Below, piece after piece: positions 9,680-18,900 of a DNA stretch of 64,000 bases. The stretch covers positions 186,001 to 250,000 of IMG/VR virus record IMGVR_UViG_3300031857_000005; one strand, written 5' to 3'. The first letter of the stretch is position 1. The number at the start of each line of letters is the position of its first letter. The notes below the pieces were generated by a model. That model ran no database searches and was not told the origin of the DNA. It worked only from the letters and a program-made list of their open reading frames with translations. Made by a program: the position numbers and the translations under genes.

Positions 9680-10927
9680 ATGAAAATTTTCATCCAAATC
9701 GCTTCTTATAGAGATCCCCAACTTATACCAACAATTAAAGATTGTATTGATAAATCAAAAAAACCTGAAAATTTAAGATTTGGTATTTGTAGACAATTTC
9801 ATCCTGAAGATGGTTTTGATAATTTAACAGAATATGAGAATGATGATAGATTCAGAATTTTAAATATTCCATATCAAGAATCAACAGGCGTGTGTTGGGC
9901 AAGAAACCAAGTACAACAATTATATAAAGGAGAAAAATACACTCTACAGTTAGATTCTCATATGAGATTTGAACAAGATTGGGATGATACTTTAATTAAA
10001 ATGATTAAAGGATTACAAAAGAATGGCTATAAAAAACCATTATTAACTGGTTATGTCTCATCATTTGATCCTGAAAATGATCCTCAAGGTAGGGTTACCG
10101 ATCCGTGGAGAATGACATTTGATAGATTTACACCTGAAGGTGTTGTATTCTTTTTACCTGAAGTAATTCCTAATTGGAGGGAATTTAGTGAACCAATACC
10201 TTCAAGATTTTACTCCGCACATTTTGCATTTACATTAGGGGAGTTTTCTAAAGAAGTTCAACATGATCCTGAATACTATTTTCACGGTGAAGAAATTTCA
10301 ATTGCAGTAAGAGCATACACTCATGGATATGATTTATTTCATCCACATAGAGTTGTTATTTGGCACGAATACACAAGGAAGGGTAGAACTAAACAATGGG
10401 ACGATGATAAAGAGTGGTATAAAAAAAACGAATCTTGTCATAAAAAGAATAGACAAATACTTGGTATTGATGGAGAATCTTATGAAGGGGATTTAGGTAA
10501 ATATGGTTTTGGTACCGAAAGGACAATTAGAGATTATGAAAAATATTCAGGTATCCTATTTTCTAAAAGAGCAATACAACAATATACAATAGATAAAAAT
10601 TATCCTCCTAATTCATACGATTATGAAACTGAAGAACAATGGTTAGATAGTTTTACAACAATATTCAAACATTGTATTGATATATCATTTGATGGAGTTC
10701 CTGAAAATGATTACGATTTTTGGGTTGTTGCATTTCATAATGAAAAAGATGAAACTTTATTTAGACAAGATGCCGACTCAAACGAAATAAATAGAATGAT
10801 GCAAGATCCTGACAGATACTGTAAAATATGGAGAGAATTCCACACAAAAGAAAAACCTAAGTATTGGGTTGTGTGGCCGTATAGTAAATCAAAAGGATGG
10901 TGTCCAAGATTAACAGGTAATTTATAA
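9680..10927 (+). CDS. GT60 / GlcNAc-transferase family protein (Skp1-hydroxyproline/polypeptide alpha-GlcNAc transferase-like)
   Basis: IFIQIASYRDP, G.CWAR, LQLDSHMRF (DSH), FHGEE, AYTHGYD, WHEY motifs. Confidence 0.8.
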   Translation: MKIFIQIASYRDPQLIPTIKDCIDKSKKPENLRFGICRQFHPEDGFDNLTEYENDDRFRILNIPYQESTGVCWARNQVQQLYKGEKYTLQLDSHMRFEQDWDDTLIKMIKGLQKNGYKKPLLTGYVSSFDPENDPQGRVTDPWRMTFDRFTPEGVVFFLPEVIPNWREFSEPIPSRFYSAHFAFTLGEFSKEVQHDPEYYFHGEEISIAVRAYTHGYDLFHPHRVVIWHEYTRKGRTKQWDDDKEWYKKNESCHKKNRQILGIDGESYEGDLGKYGFGTERTIRDYEKYSGILFSKRAIQQYTIDKNYPPNSYDYETEEQWLDSFTTIFKHCIDISFDGVPENDYDFWVVAFHNEKDETLFRQDADSNEINRMMQDPDRYCKIWREFHTKEKPKYWVVWPYSKSKGWCPRLTGNL

Positions 10928-10932
10928 TTTAT

Positions 10933-11643
10933 ATGGTAACATTTAATGATGTAAAAATAGCTGATGTTGGGTATTATATAAATTTGGATAGTAGGGTTGA
11001 CAGAAAAGATAACCTTGAGTCACAGTTTAATAAATTTAACATAAAGGGGGTTAATAGATTTTCGGCATTTTCAAGTTACCCAAGTAATCCCTCAAATTGT
11101 AAAAAAAGTCATTATCAATTATTTGAATTGTTTTTACAATCAAATTACAATACTATGTTAGTATTAGAAGATGATTGTAAGTTTTTAGATTTTTTAAAGG
11201 ATGAGTCAACCGAAATTTTTGATAAAATTTTAAATACTGATTGGGATTTATTTTGGTTAGGATGTAGAAATAGAAAACCACCAAAAAATTATATTAATAA
11301 TTGTTATTTTACCTCATCAACTTCCGGAGCTCAATCTTACATTATAACAAAAAGATTTGTTGAGTATCTATTATCTACTTTCCCTATTGAACCTAACGAT
11401 AATTTAAGGAACACATCAATTGATGAACTACTGTGTTTATCAATATATGATATTGATGTGGTTAATAACCCAAATAAATATAATTTTTATAATTTAGATC
11501 AACCTTTAGATAATCTACAAACTAAATTTAAATCATTGTGTTATGAAAAGGCACTTACAACACAATATCTTTCATATAGTGATTTATGGGGTACTACTAC
11601 CGATTTAGAATATTATATGATATCATCACACCCAAAACAATAA
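10933..11643 (+). CDS. glycosyltransferase family 25
   Basis: YYINLDSRVDRK, CKKSH, LVLEDD, AQSYII motifs. Confidence 0.8.
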   Translation: MVTFNDVKIADVGYYINLDSRVDRKDNLESQFNKFNIKGVNRFSAFSSYPSNPSNCKKSHYQLFELFLQSNYNTMLVLEDDCKFLDFLKDESTEIFDKILNTDWDLFWLGCRNRKPPKNYINNCYFTSSTSGAQSYIITKRFVEYLLSTFPIEPNDNLRNTSIDELLCLSIYDIDVVNNPNKYNFYNLDQPLDNLQTKFKSLCYEKALTTQYLSYSDLWGTTTDLEYYMISSHPKQ

Positions 11644-11647
11644 TAAT

Positions 11648-12241
11648 ATGAACGGACACTTTATTTACAAAAATTTAATTATTAGTCAACATCCAAATGT
11701 TGGGGAAAAGTTTAAAACACTTATTGACGAATACAAACCATCAAGAGTTTTAGAAATAGGAACTGCGGATGGCGGATTAACATTATTAATAAGAGATTTA
11801 TTAGATAGTGTGGGATTAACTAATACAATAGTACGAACTTATGATGTTAATGAACAAAAAAATTTAAAGTTAAAAGAAAGAAATATTGAGATAATCACAA
11901 AAGATGTTTTTAATTATCCATATTCAGATTTAGAATATCCTGATGAAATCAGAGACTTTATACAAAGTAATGGTAAAACTTTAGTTCTTTGCGATGGAGG
12001 GAGTAAAAAAAATGAATTTAGATTATTATCTCAATTTTTAAAATATGGTGATATTATTATGGCTCACGATTATGCACCAAATGAAAATTATTTTAATGAA
12101 AATATAAAAGATAAAATATGGAATTGGTTAGAAATACAAGATTTTGATATTAATGAAAGTTGTTTAACTTATAATCTTAAACCATATATGGAAGATGAAT
12201 TTCGTTCTGTTGTATGGGTATGTAAAATAAAAGAACAATGA
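11648..12241 (+). CDS. class I SAM-dependent methyltransferase (CmcI/sugar O-methyltransferase-like)
   Basis: VLEIGTADGG motif I; LVLCDGG; IIMAHD. Confidence 0.75.
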   Translation: MNGHFIYKNLIISQHPNVGEKFKTLIDEYKPSRVLEIGTADGGLTLLIRDLLDSVGLTNTIVRTYDVNEQKNLKLKERNIEIITKDVFNYPYSDLEYPDEIRDFIQSNGKTLVLCDGGSKKNEFRLLSQFLKYGDIIMAHDYAPNENYFNENIKDKIWNWLEIQDFDINESCLTYNLKPYMEDEFRSVVWVCKIKEQ

Positions 12242-13920
12242 TTACATTAGTAACTGGTTTATGGGATATTGGTAGAGGTGATTTACAGGAAGGTTGGTCA
12301 CGATCATATCAACACTATTTAGGTAAGTTTGAAGAACTACTAAAAGTAGATAGTAACCTTATTATTTTTGGTGATAAAGAGTTACAAGATTTTGTATCTC
12401 AAAGAAGACAGGTTGAAAACACTCAATTTATTTTGAGGGATTTGAATTGGTTTAAAAATAACGAATATTTCCAATTAATACAAACTATACGAACAAATCC
12501 TGATTGGTTTAACCAAGTTGGGTGGTTAAAGGACTCAACTCAATCTAAATTAGAAATGTATAACCCTTTGGTTATGTCTAAAATGTTTTTACTTAATGAT
12601 GCAAAAATTTTAGATAAATTTAATTCAGATAAACTATTTTGGGTTGATGCCGGTTTAAGTAATACCGTACATATGGGTTATTTTACGCATGATAAAGTTA
12701 TGGATAAAATAGATAAATTATCTGACAAATTTTTATTTATTTGTTTTCCATATAACGCAGAAACTGAAGTTCATGGATTCAAGTATGAAGAAATGAAACG
12801 ATTAACAAACTCAACACCTGATATTGTTGCTCGCGGAGGATTCTTTGGTGGGGATAAGGATTTAATATCACAAATGAATAGTTTGTATTATGGGATATTA
12901 ATTGACACCCTTAAACGAGGTTTTATGGGTACTGAAGAAAGTTTATTTACAATATTAACATACCAATACCCTAACATAATTGATTACTGTGAAATAGAAT
13001 CTAATGGATTAGTTTATAAATTTTTTGAGGATGTTAAAAACAATTTAGTTGTAATAAAAAACTTTGACTCAAAACCAACAATCGTTAAAACTAATTTAGA
13101 AATTAACTCAAATGGGATTGGTTTATATATTATAACATTTAATTCACCAAATCAATTTGAGACATTAATCCAATCAATGTTGAACTATGATACTGATTTT
13201 ATCACAAGAACCAAAAAGTTTTTACTTGATAATTCAACAGATACATCAACAACCCCAAGGTATTTGGAACTTTGTGAACAATATGGTTTTACTCACATAA
13301 AAAAAGATAATATTGGTATAACTGGTGGAAGACAATTTATTGCGGAACATTTTAATGAACAAGAAGATTTAGGTTATTATTTCTTCTTTGAGGACGATAT
13401 GTTATTTCACTCAGGTAAAACCGATGTGTGTAAAAATGGTTTTGGTAGGTATGTTAAAAAACTATTTACCAAATCTTTAAACATACTAAAAAGAGAATCT
13501 TTTGATTTCTTAAAATTAAATTTTACAGAATTTTATGGTTCTAATGATAAACAATGGTCTTGGTATAATGTTCCCCAAGATTTTAGACAATCCCATTGGC
13601 AGAACAATCCAAGGTTACCACAACAAGGGTTGGATCCAAATTCACCAAACACAGAATTCAAATATATTAAATCATTACAGGGGTTACCATATGCGAGTGG
13701 AGAAATCTATTTGTGTAACTGGCCGATTCTAATGTCAAAAGAAGGTAATTATAAGTGTTATTTAAAAACAAAATTTGATCATCCATTTGAACAAACTTTA
13801 ATGTCCCAATGTTTCCAAGAAACCATTAAGGGTAATATCAATCCGGGTTTATTATTAATAACCCCAACTGAACACAATCGTTTCGATCATTATGAATCCT
13901 CATTAAGAAAAGAATGTTAA
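12238..13920 (+). CDS. HtrL/YibB-like domain fused to a GT-A (GT2-like) domain
   Basis: N-terminal TLVTGLWDIGR, FWVDAG, GGFFGG, TEESL; C-terminal domain with GITGGR and YFFFEDD. Confidence 0.7.
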   Translation: MITLVTGLWDIGRGDLQEGWSRSYQHYLGKFEELLKVDSNLIIFGDKELQDFVSQRRQVENTQFILRDLNWFKNNEYFQLIQTIRTNPDWFNQVGWLKDSTQSKLEMYNPLVMSKMFLLNDAKILDKFNSDKLFWVDAGLSNTVHMGYFTHDKVMDKIDKLSDKFLFICFPYNAETEVHGFKYEEMKRLTNSTPDIVARGGFFGGDKDLISQMNSLYYGILIDTLKRGFMGTEESLFTILTYQYPNIIDYCEIESNGLVYKFFEDVKNNLVVIKNFDSKPTIVKTNLEINSNGIGLYIITFNSPNQFETLIQSMLNYDTDFITRTKKFLLDNSTDTSTTPRYLELCEQYGFTHIKKDNIGITGGRQFIAEHFNEQEDLGYYFFFEDDMLFHSGKTDVCKNGFGRYVKKLFTKSLNILKRESFDFLKLNFTEFYGSNDKQWSWYNVPQDFRQSHWQNNPRLPQQGLDPNSPNTEFKYIKSLQGLPYASGEIYLCNWPILMSKEGNYKCYLKTKFDHPFEQTLMSQCFQETIKGNINPGLLLITPTEHNRFDHYESSLRKEC

Positions 13921-13956
13921 AATAGATTATTGATATATTTATAGTAAAAACTATAG

Positions 13957-14373
13957 ATGGAATTCTACATTAAAAAAAATGCAACTCTTCCTGTTTTAAA
14001 GATACAAGTTGTAAAAGACGGAAGAAGTGATTATAATAATTTTATGGAGATGATTGAGGAATCTGCCATATTTTTTTCTATGGTAAATGTAGAAACTGGT
14101 ATCCCTAAAATAACAACAAGACCCGCAGGATTTGTGGAAAAAATTCAAATAGAACCAAACGCAACTCCCGAATATTATATCTACTATAGATTTACCTCAA
14201 AAGACACAAGTAAAGTTGGTAGATATGAAGCACAATTCTTATTGAGAAATAATGACGGAACTTTAATTTTACCAATAAGAGAAAGATTATTTATAAATGT
14301 CCAAGAGAGTTATATTGCGGATGATTTATTATATCAAAATCCTTATATAGTAGATTTCCCTTGTTGTGGGTAA
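13957..14373 (+). CDS. small Ig-like virion protein (BppU N-terminal-like)
   Basis: beta-rich; YYRFTSKDTSKVGRYEAQF pattern; late motif upstream. Confidence 0.5.
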   Translation: MEFYIKKNATLPVLKIQVVKDGRSDYNNFMEMIEESAIFFSMVNVETGIPKITTRPAGFVEKIQIEPNATPEYYIYYRFTSKDTSKVGRYEAQFLLRNNDGTLILPIRERLFINVQESYIADDLLYQNPYIVDFPCCG

Positions 14374-14402
14374 TTGACATTAATGTAATAATAAGATATA
14401 TT
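14374..14402 (+). promoter_or_regulatory. sigma70-like promoter for DNA polymerase (TTGACA-17-TATATT)
   Basis: Near-consensus -35/-10 with exact 17-nt spacer. Confidence 0.6.
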
Positions 14403-14465
14403 TAAGAGTGTAAGGTAAATGTCGTTACATACGGCAGTTAATAAACCAAACTTAAATATATACAA

Positions 14466-17399
14466 ATGATATCAGAAGAAGAAATTAAATCCTTCTTAGA
14501 AGGTGCCGACCCAGAACAATTCATAGTGTCGGTAGAGTATGATTACGCTGCTAATTGCGTTTATAAAATCAAAGAAACACCAGGAAAAGGAAAATCAATA
14601 CATAAAGAATCTTTTAGTTCTTTTGGTTGGGTAGGTGACTTGCGTGGTATGAATTTTTACCAAGGTTCTAAAGAATTACAAAAAGAGGCAATGACTAAAT
14701 ACGGTATTATCATTGAGAAACTAAGGACTGATGGTAATGAAAGATTAGAAAATGGACTAACATTCTTAGTTAAATCAATCAAAGGATATAGAGAACTAAT
14801 TCAATTTTTTAGAGACGGTGGTATAGATCCTTGGGGTGAAAAAACCAAAGATAAAATAATGATTCTACCTCCTGTAGAACAATACCTCATCTCAAAAGAA
14901 AAACGACTATTTAAAGGATTTGAAGAATACAATGATATTACAAGACTTGTATTTGACTTGGAGACGACTGCTTTAGAACCTAAAGACGGTCGTATTTTTA
15001 TGATTGGAATTAAGACAAATAAGGGACACTTAAAAGTAATTGAGTGTAAAGATGCTGACGAAGAAAGACGAGGTATCGTTGAATTTTTCAGAATCATAGA
15101 TGAGATAAAACCTTCAATCATTGGGGGTTACAACTCAGCAAACTTTGACTGGCATTGGATTTTTGAGAGATGTAAAGCTCTTAACATTGACTTAAAGAAA
15201 ATCCCAACCTCATTAAACCACTCAAAACCTATTGCACAAAAAGAGTCAATGTTAAAATTGGCAAATGAAGTTGAGCGATATAACCAAGTACAAATGTGGG
15301 GATACAATGTTATTGATATCATCCATTCAGTTCGTAGAGCTCAAGCAATCAACTCAAGTATTAAAGAGGCGGGACTTAAATATATTACCAAATATATTGA
15401 TGCCGAAGCGAAAGATCGTATTTACATCGATCACACAAAAATTGGTCCGATGTATGCAAACAAGGACGAATATTGGTTAAATACCGAAAACGGTAAATAC
15501 AAGAAGGTTGGTGTTGATCAAAAAATTGATGAGGTATGTTTTAGACGAGGTGACATTTATCTTAAAACCACAGGTGATAACATTGTTGAGAGATATCTTG
15601 ACGATGACTTGGAGGAAACCTTAATTGTTGACGATGAATTCAATCAAGGATCATTCCTACTTGCATCACTACTCCCAACAACATATGAACGAGTATCAAC
15701 AATGGGTACCGCAACATTATGGAAAATGTTAATGTTAGCTTGGTCATATAAACATAAATTGGCGATACCTCAAAAACAAGAAAAAGGAAACTTTGTTGGT
15801 GGTTTATCAAGACTATTAAAAGTTGGGTATTCAAAAGATGTACTGAAACTTGACTACTCATCACTATACCCATCAATTCAGTTGGTTCACGATGTGTTTC
15901 CTGAATGTGATATAACAGGAGCAATGAAAGGATTATTAACTTACTTTAGAAATACTCGTATCAAGTATAAAAATTTGGCATCAGAATTTAAAAGTAAGGA
16001 TAAAAAACTTTCCTTATCTTACGATAGAAAACAATTACCAATTAAAATCTTTATCAACTCATTGTTTGGTGGTTTAAGTGCCCCACAAGTATTCCATTGG
16101 GGTGATATGAACAAGGGGGAACAGATTACCTGTACGGGTAGACAATATCTTAGACAGATGTTAAAATTCTTTAGTAAAAGAGGATATAGTCCTTTGGTGT
16201 GTGATACTGATGGTATGAACTTCTCATTGCCTGAAGGTGGTGTAGAAGATAGAGTATACATTGGTAAAGGATTAAATTGGTTGGTTAAGGAAGGTAAAGA
16301 ATATCGTGGTTATGATGCGGATGTTGCCGAGTTTAATGATTTATTTATGAGAGGTGCGATGGGTCTTGATTGTGACGGTACTTGGGATTCTTGTATTAAC
16401 TTAGCTCGTAAAAATTACGCAACTATGGAACAAAACGGTAAGATTAAACTTACAGGTAATAGTATCAAGTCCAAAAAGATGCCAAAGTATATTGAGAAGT
16501 TCTTGGATAAAGGGATTAAACAATTACTTAAAGGTGAGGGTAAAGAATTTATTGAGTGGTATTACGAATACATTCAAAAGATATTTGATCAAAAGATTCC
16601 TTTGGCGGAAATTGCGTCTAAAGCAAAAGTTAAATTGAGTGTTGATGATTACATTAAACGCAGTAAACAAACTACCAAGGCAGGTTCGTTGATGTCAAGA
16701 CAGGCACATATGGAACTTATTATAAGAGATGGGATTCAGTCAAATCTTGGTGATATGATTTTCTATGTGAATAACGGAACAAAGGCTTCACACGGAGATG
16801 TTCAGAAAGTTAATAAACCAAAGAAAGGGTGGACAGAAGAACAAATAAGTTTGTTCTTTTCGGATAGTTCAAAAAATAATTTAGATTATAAACAGAAAGA
16901 AAAATTTTTAATTAACAACGGTTGGGAAACTTCTTGGTCTGATGATAATTGGGTAAGAAGTGATTCACCGTACAAAGAAGCAAATACTGGTATACCGACA
17001 GATGTTGCATATAAAGTCGCTAGTTCAGATTCTGTTATACAACTTAATTGTTATCGTATTGAACCTTCGGATTTGGAAAACAATCCTGAGATGTTAGGTG
17101 AGTACAATATCCAAAGAGCGATTGCAACATTCAATAAACGAGTGGAACCTTTATTAATTGTTTTTGACGATGAGGTAAGAGATTCACTATTGGTTAAAAA
17201 TCCTGAAGATAGAAATTTCTATACAACAGAACAATGTAAATTGATTAATGGAAAACCATTCAGTCCTGAAGATCAAGATGATGTATATGAAAATCTATTA
17301 AAGATGGAACAAGGTGAGGTTGAATTTTGGAACCGTGTTGGTATCAACCCTGATTATATTTATGAGTTAGCAGATGAGGGATGGGAGGAGTTAATTTAA
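14466..17399 (+). CDS. family B DNA polymerase
   Basis: ExoI FDLETT, ExoII GYNSANFD, ExoIII YLDDD; motif A LDYSSLYPSI, motif B KIFINSLFG, motif C CDTDG. Confidence 0.95.
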   Translation: MISEEEIKSFLEGADPEQFIVSVEYDYAANCVYKIKETPGKGKSIHKESFSSFGWVGDLRGMNFYQGSKELQKEAMTKYGIIIEKLRTDGNERLENGLTFLVKSIKGYRELIQFFRDGGIDPWGEKTKDKIMILPPVEQYLISKEKRLFKGFEEYNDITRLVFDLETTALEPKDGRIFMIGIKTNKGHLKVIECKDADEERRGIVEFFRIIDEIKPSIIGGYNSANFDWHWIFERCKALNIDLKKIPTSLNHSKPIAQKESMLKLANEVERYNQVQMWGYNVIDIIHSVRRAQAINSSIKEAGLKYITKYIDAEAKDRIYIDHTKIGPMYANKDEYWLNTENGKYKKVGVDQKIDEVCFRRGDIYLKTTGDNIVERYLDDDLEETLIVDDEFNQGSFLLASLLPTTYERVSTMGTATLWKMLMLAWSYKHKLAIPQKQEKGNFVGGLSRLLKVGYSKDVLKLDYSSLYPSIQLVHDVFPECDITGAMKGLLTYFRNTRIKYKNLASEFKSKDKKLSLSYDRKQLPIKIFINSLFGGLSAPQVFHWGDMNKGEQITCTGRQYLRQMLKFFSKRGYSPLVCDTDGMNFSLPEGGVEDRVYIGKGLNWLVKEGKEYRGYDADVAEFNDLFMRGAMGLDCDGTWDSCINLARKNYATMEQNGKIKLTGNSIKSKKMPKYIEKFLDKGIKQLLKGEGKEFIEWYYEYIQKIFDQKIPLAEIASKAKVKLSVDDYIKRSKQTTKAGSLMSRQAHMELIIRDGIQSNLGDMIFYVNNGTKASHGDVQKVNKPKKGWTEEQISLFFSDSSKNNLDYKQKEKFLINNGWETSWSDDNWVRSDSPYKEANTGIPTDVAYKVASSDSVIQLNCYRIEPSDLENNPEMLGEYNIQRAIATFNKRVEPLLIVFDDEVRDSLLVKNPEDRNFYTTEQCKLINGKPFSPEDQDDVYENLLKMEQGEVEFWNRVGINPDYIYELADEGWEELI

Positions 17400-17750
17400 C
17401 TTCAACCCATCACTGCTGATAATGTACCAATTTCCCTCAACAAAACTTAAATGAACACAAGCACCTTTTTCAAGTAAAAGTTCATCCCATTCTTCATCAA
17501 TTAAACCAATATCAGGTTTAATTAAAACGGTAGTCAAAGATTTTATGGTTACCGTTTTATTTTTTTCTGAACTTAAAGTAACTTCTGAACTTTCAATATC
17601 TTTAACAATAACTAAAATTTCTTCATCAACTTGATGTGTCTCTGTTGTTACAATTTTGTCCTCAACAATTTTAGCTGGTGTAGGCGGAATGTGTGTTCTG
17701 TATCTAACCACATTTTTTCTCGGTGAAATATTTTCAATTTTAAAACTCAT
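17391..17750 (-). CDS. hypothetical protein (119 aa), probably structural
   Basis: ATGA overlap with the upstream neck gene; beta-rich C-terminus. Confidence 0.6.
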   Translation of the reverse strand: MSFKIENISPRKNVVRYRTHIPPTPAKIVEDKIVTTETHQVDEEILVIVKDIESSEVTLSSEKNKTVTIKSLTTVLIKPDIGLIDEEWDELLLEKGACVHLSFVEGNWYIISSDGLKLN

Positions 17751-18877
17751 ATAACATAAATTTGTCTAGGCATTGCCCTGAACTTTAAAGATTTGTTAAG
17801 ATTCTCCGCAAGTAAAGCCTCTCGTTCTAAAACTTTATCAGGTCTTAATCTTGTTAACTTACCTTCAGCCCCTGTTAATTCTTCTATTAGTTTAGTTTTT
17901 TCGTCTTTACCTTCAGTTGCTAATGACTGATAATCCATTGTAAGTTCTGAATCCGGTGTTTTGATATTACCACTAAATTTACCTCTAACTTTTGATAGAG
18001 TTTCTTTACAACTTGCGATAAACCAATTTCTAACCCAAACTTGTGCGGGATGATTTAAATCAACCCAAGAAAGTTTATCAATCGGAACATCAGATGGTAA
18101 TTTAATAATATCAGGATTATCTTTTAAACATTTGTCTCTACCTCCTTCAGTAGTATCATAGTACCAATACCATACTTTTCCTTTAGTCATTGTTCCATTA
18201 CCAAAATCAAACTTACCACCAGGAGTGTTCATTAAATGTATAGCTTTTTTACCACCTGGTAATGCGGTAATTCTATATGTTAAATCACCAGCAATAATTC
18301 TTCTTTGAATGTTTATTTCTTGCATTCTCAATAACATATCAAAAGCCGGCATCATAAAATATGAACCTGCCATATTACCACCCATTTGTGCGAGACCTCC
18401 ACCTCCACCAAGACCTCCACCATATCCTAATGAACCAAATGACCATGGATCAAACATTGTGTTGTTTAGTGTTGCAGGAGTAAACCATAGTAGTTCATTA
18501 ATTTCTCTTCCTTCAGGTATTTCGTATATTTGTTGGTTTTTGACTAATTGGATGTAATCCTTTTTAAGTTCCCACTCTCCACCCGCTTGTAACCCAACGA
18601 TTTTAGAATATGCGTATGTGTATCTTGTTTCGTAATCTAAACTTTTTGTTACAAAGGCTCTTGATAACGATTGAGTTTCAAGATTCAAATTCCATAAACT
18701 TGTCCATTGAGATTCAATCAACCAATCATTAACTTTTTGAGAATACTCATCTATTGAGAATTCAAGAAGGGTATCCATTTGTTCGTCCTCTAATTCAACA
18801 CTCCTTAACGGTGCTCCGAGTATGTGTCTAATTTTAGTGTATAATTCACTTCTTTGTGGTTCTGGTATAATTCCCAT
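17747..18877 (-). CDS. neck/head-tail adaptor protein (T4 gp13-like)
   Basis: N-terminal LGAPLRSVELEDEQM resembles gp13 LGAP..VE; C-terminal helical G..L motif; late motif upstream. Confidence 0.7.
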   Translation of the reverse strand: MGIIPEPQRSELYTKIRHILGAPLRSVELEDEQMDTLLEFSIDEYSQKVNDWLIESQWTSLWNLNLETQSLSRAFVTKSLDYETRYTYAYSKIVGLQAGGEWELKKDYIQLVKNQQIYEIPEGREINELLWFTPATLNNTMFDPWSFGSLGYGGGLGGGGGLAQMGGNMAGSYFMMPAFDMLLRMQEINIQRRIIAGDLTYRITALPGGKKAIHLMNTPGGKFDFGNGTMTKGKVWYWYYDTTEGGRDKCLKDNPDIIKLPSDVPIDKLSWVDLNHPAQVWVRNWFIASCKETLSKVRGKFSGNIKTPDSELTMDYQSLATEGKDEKTKLIEELTGAEGKLTRLRPDKVLEREALLAENLNKSLKFRAMPRQIYVI

Positions 18878-18900
18878 AGTAATAGTTTTATTATAAATAT

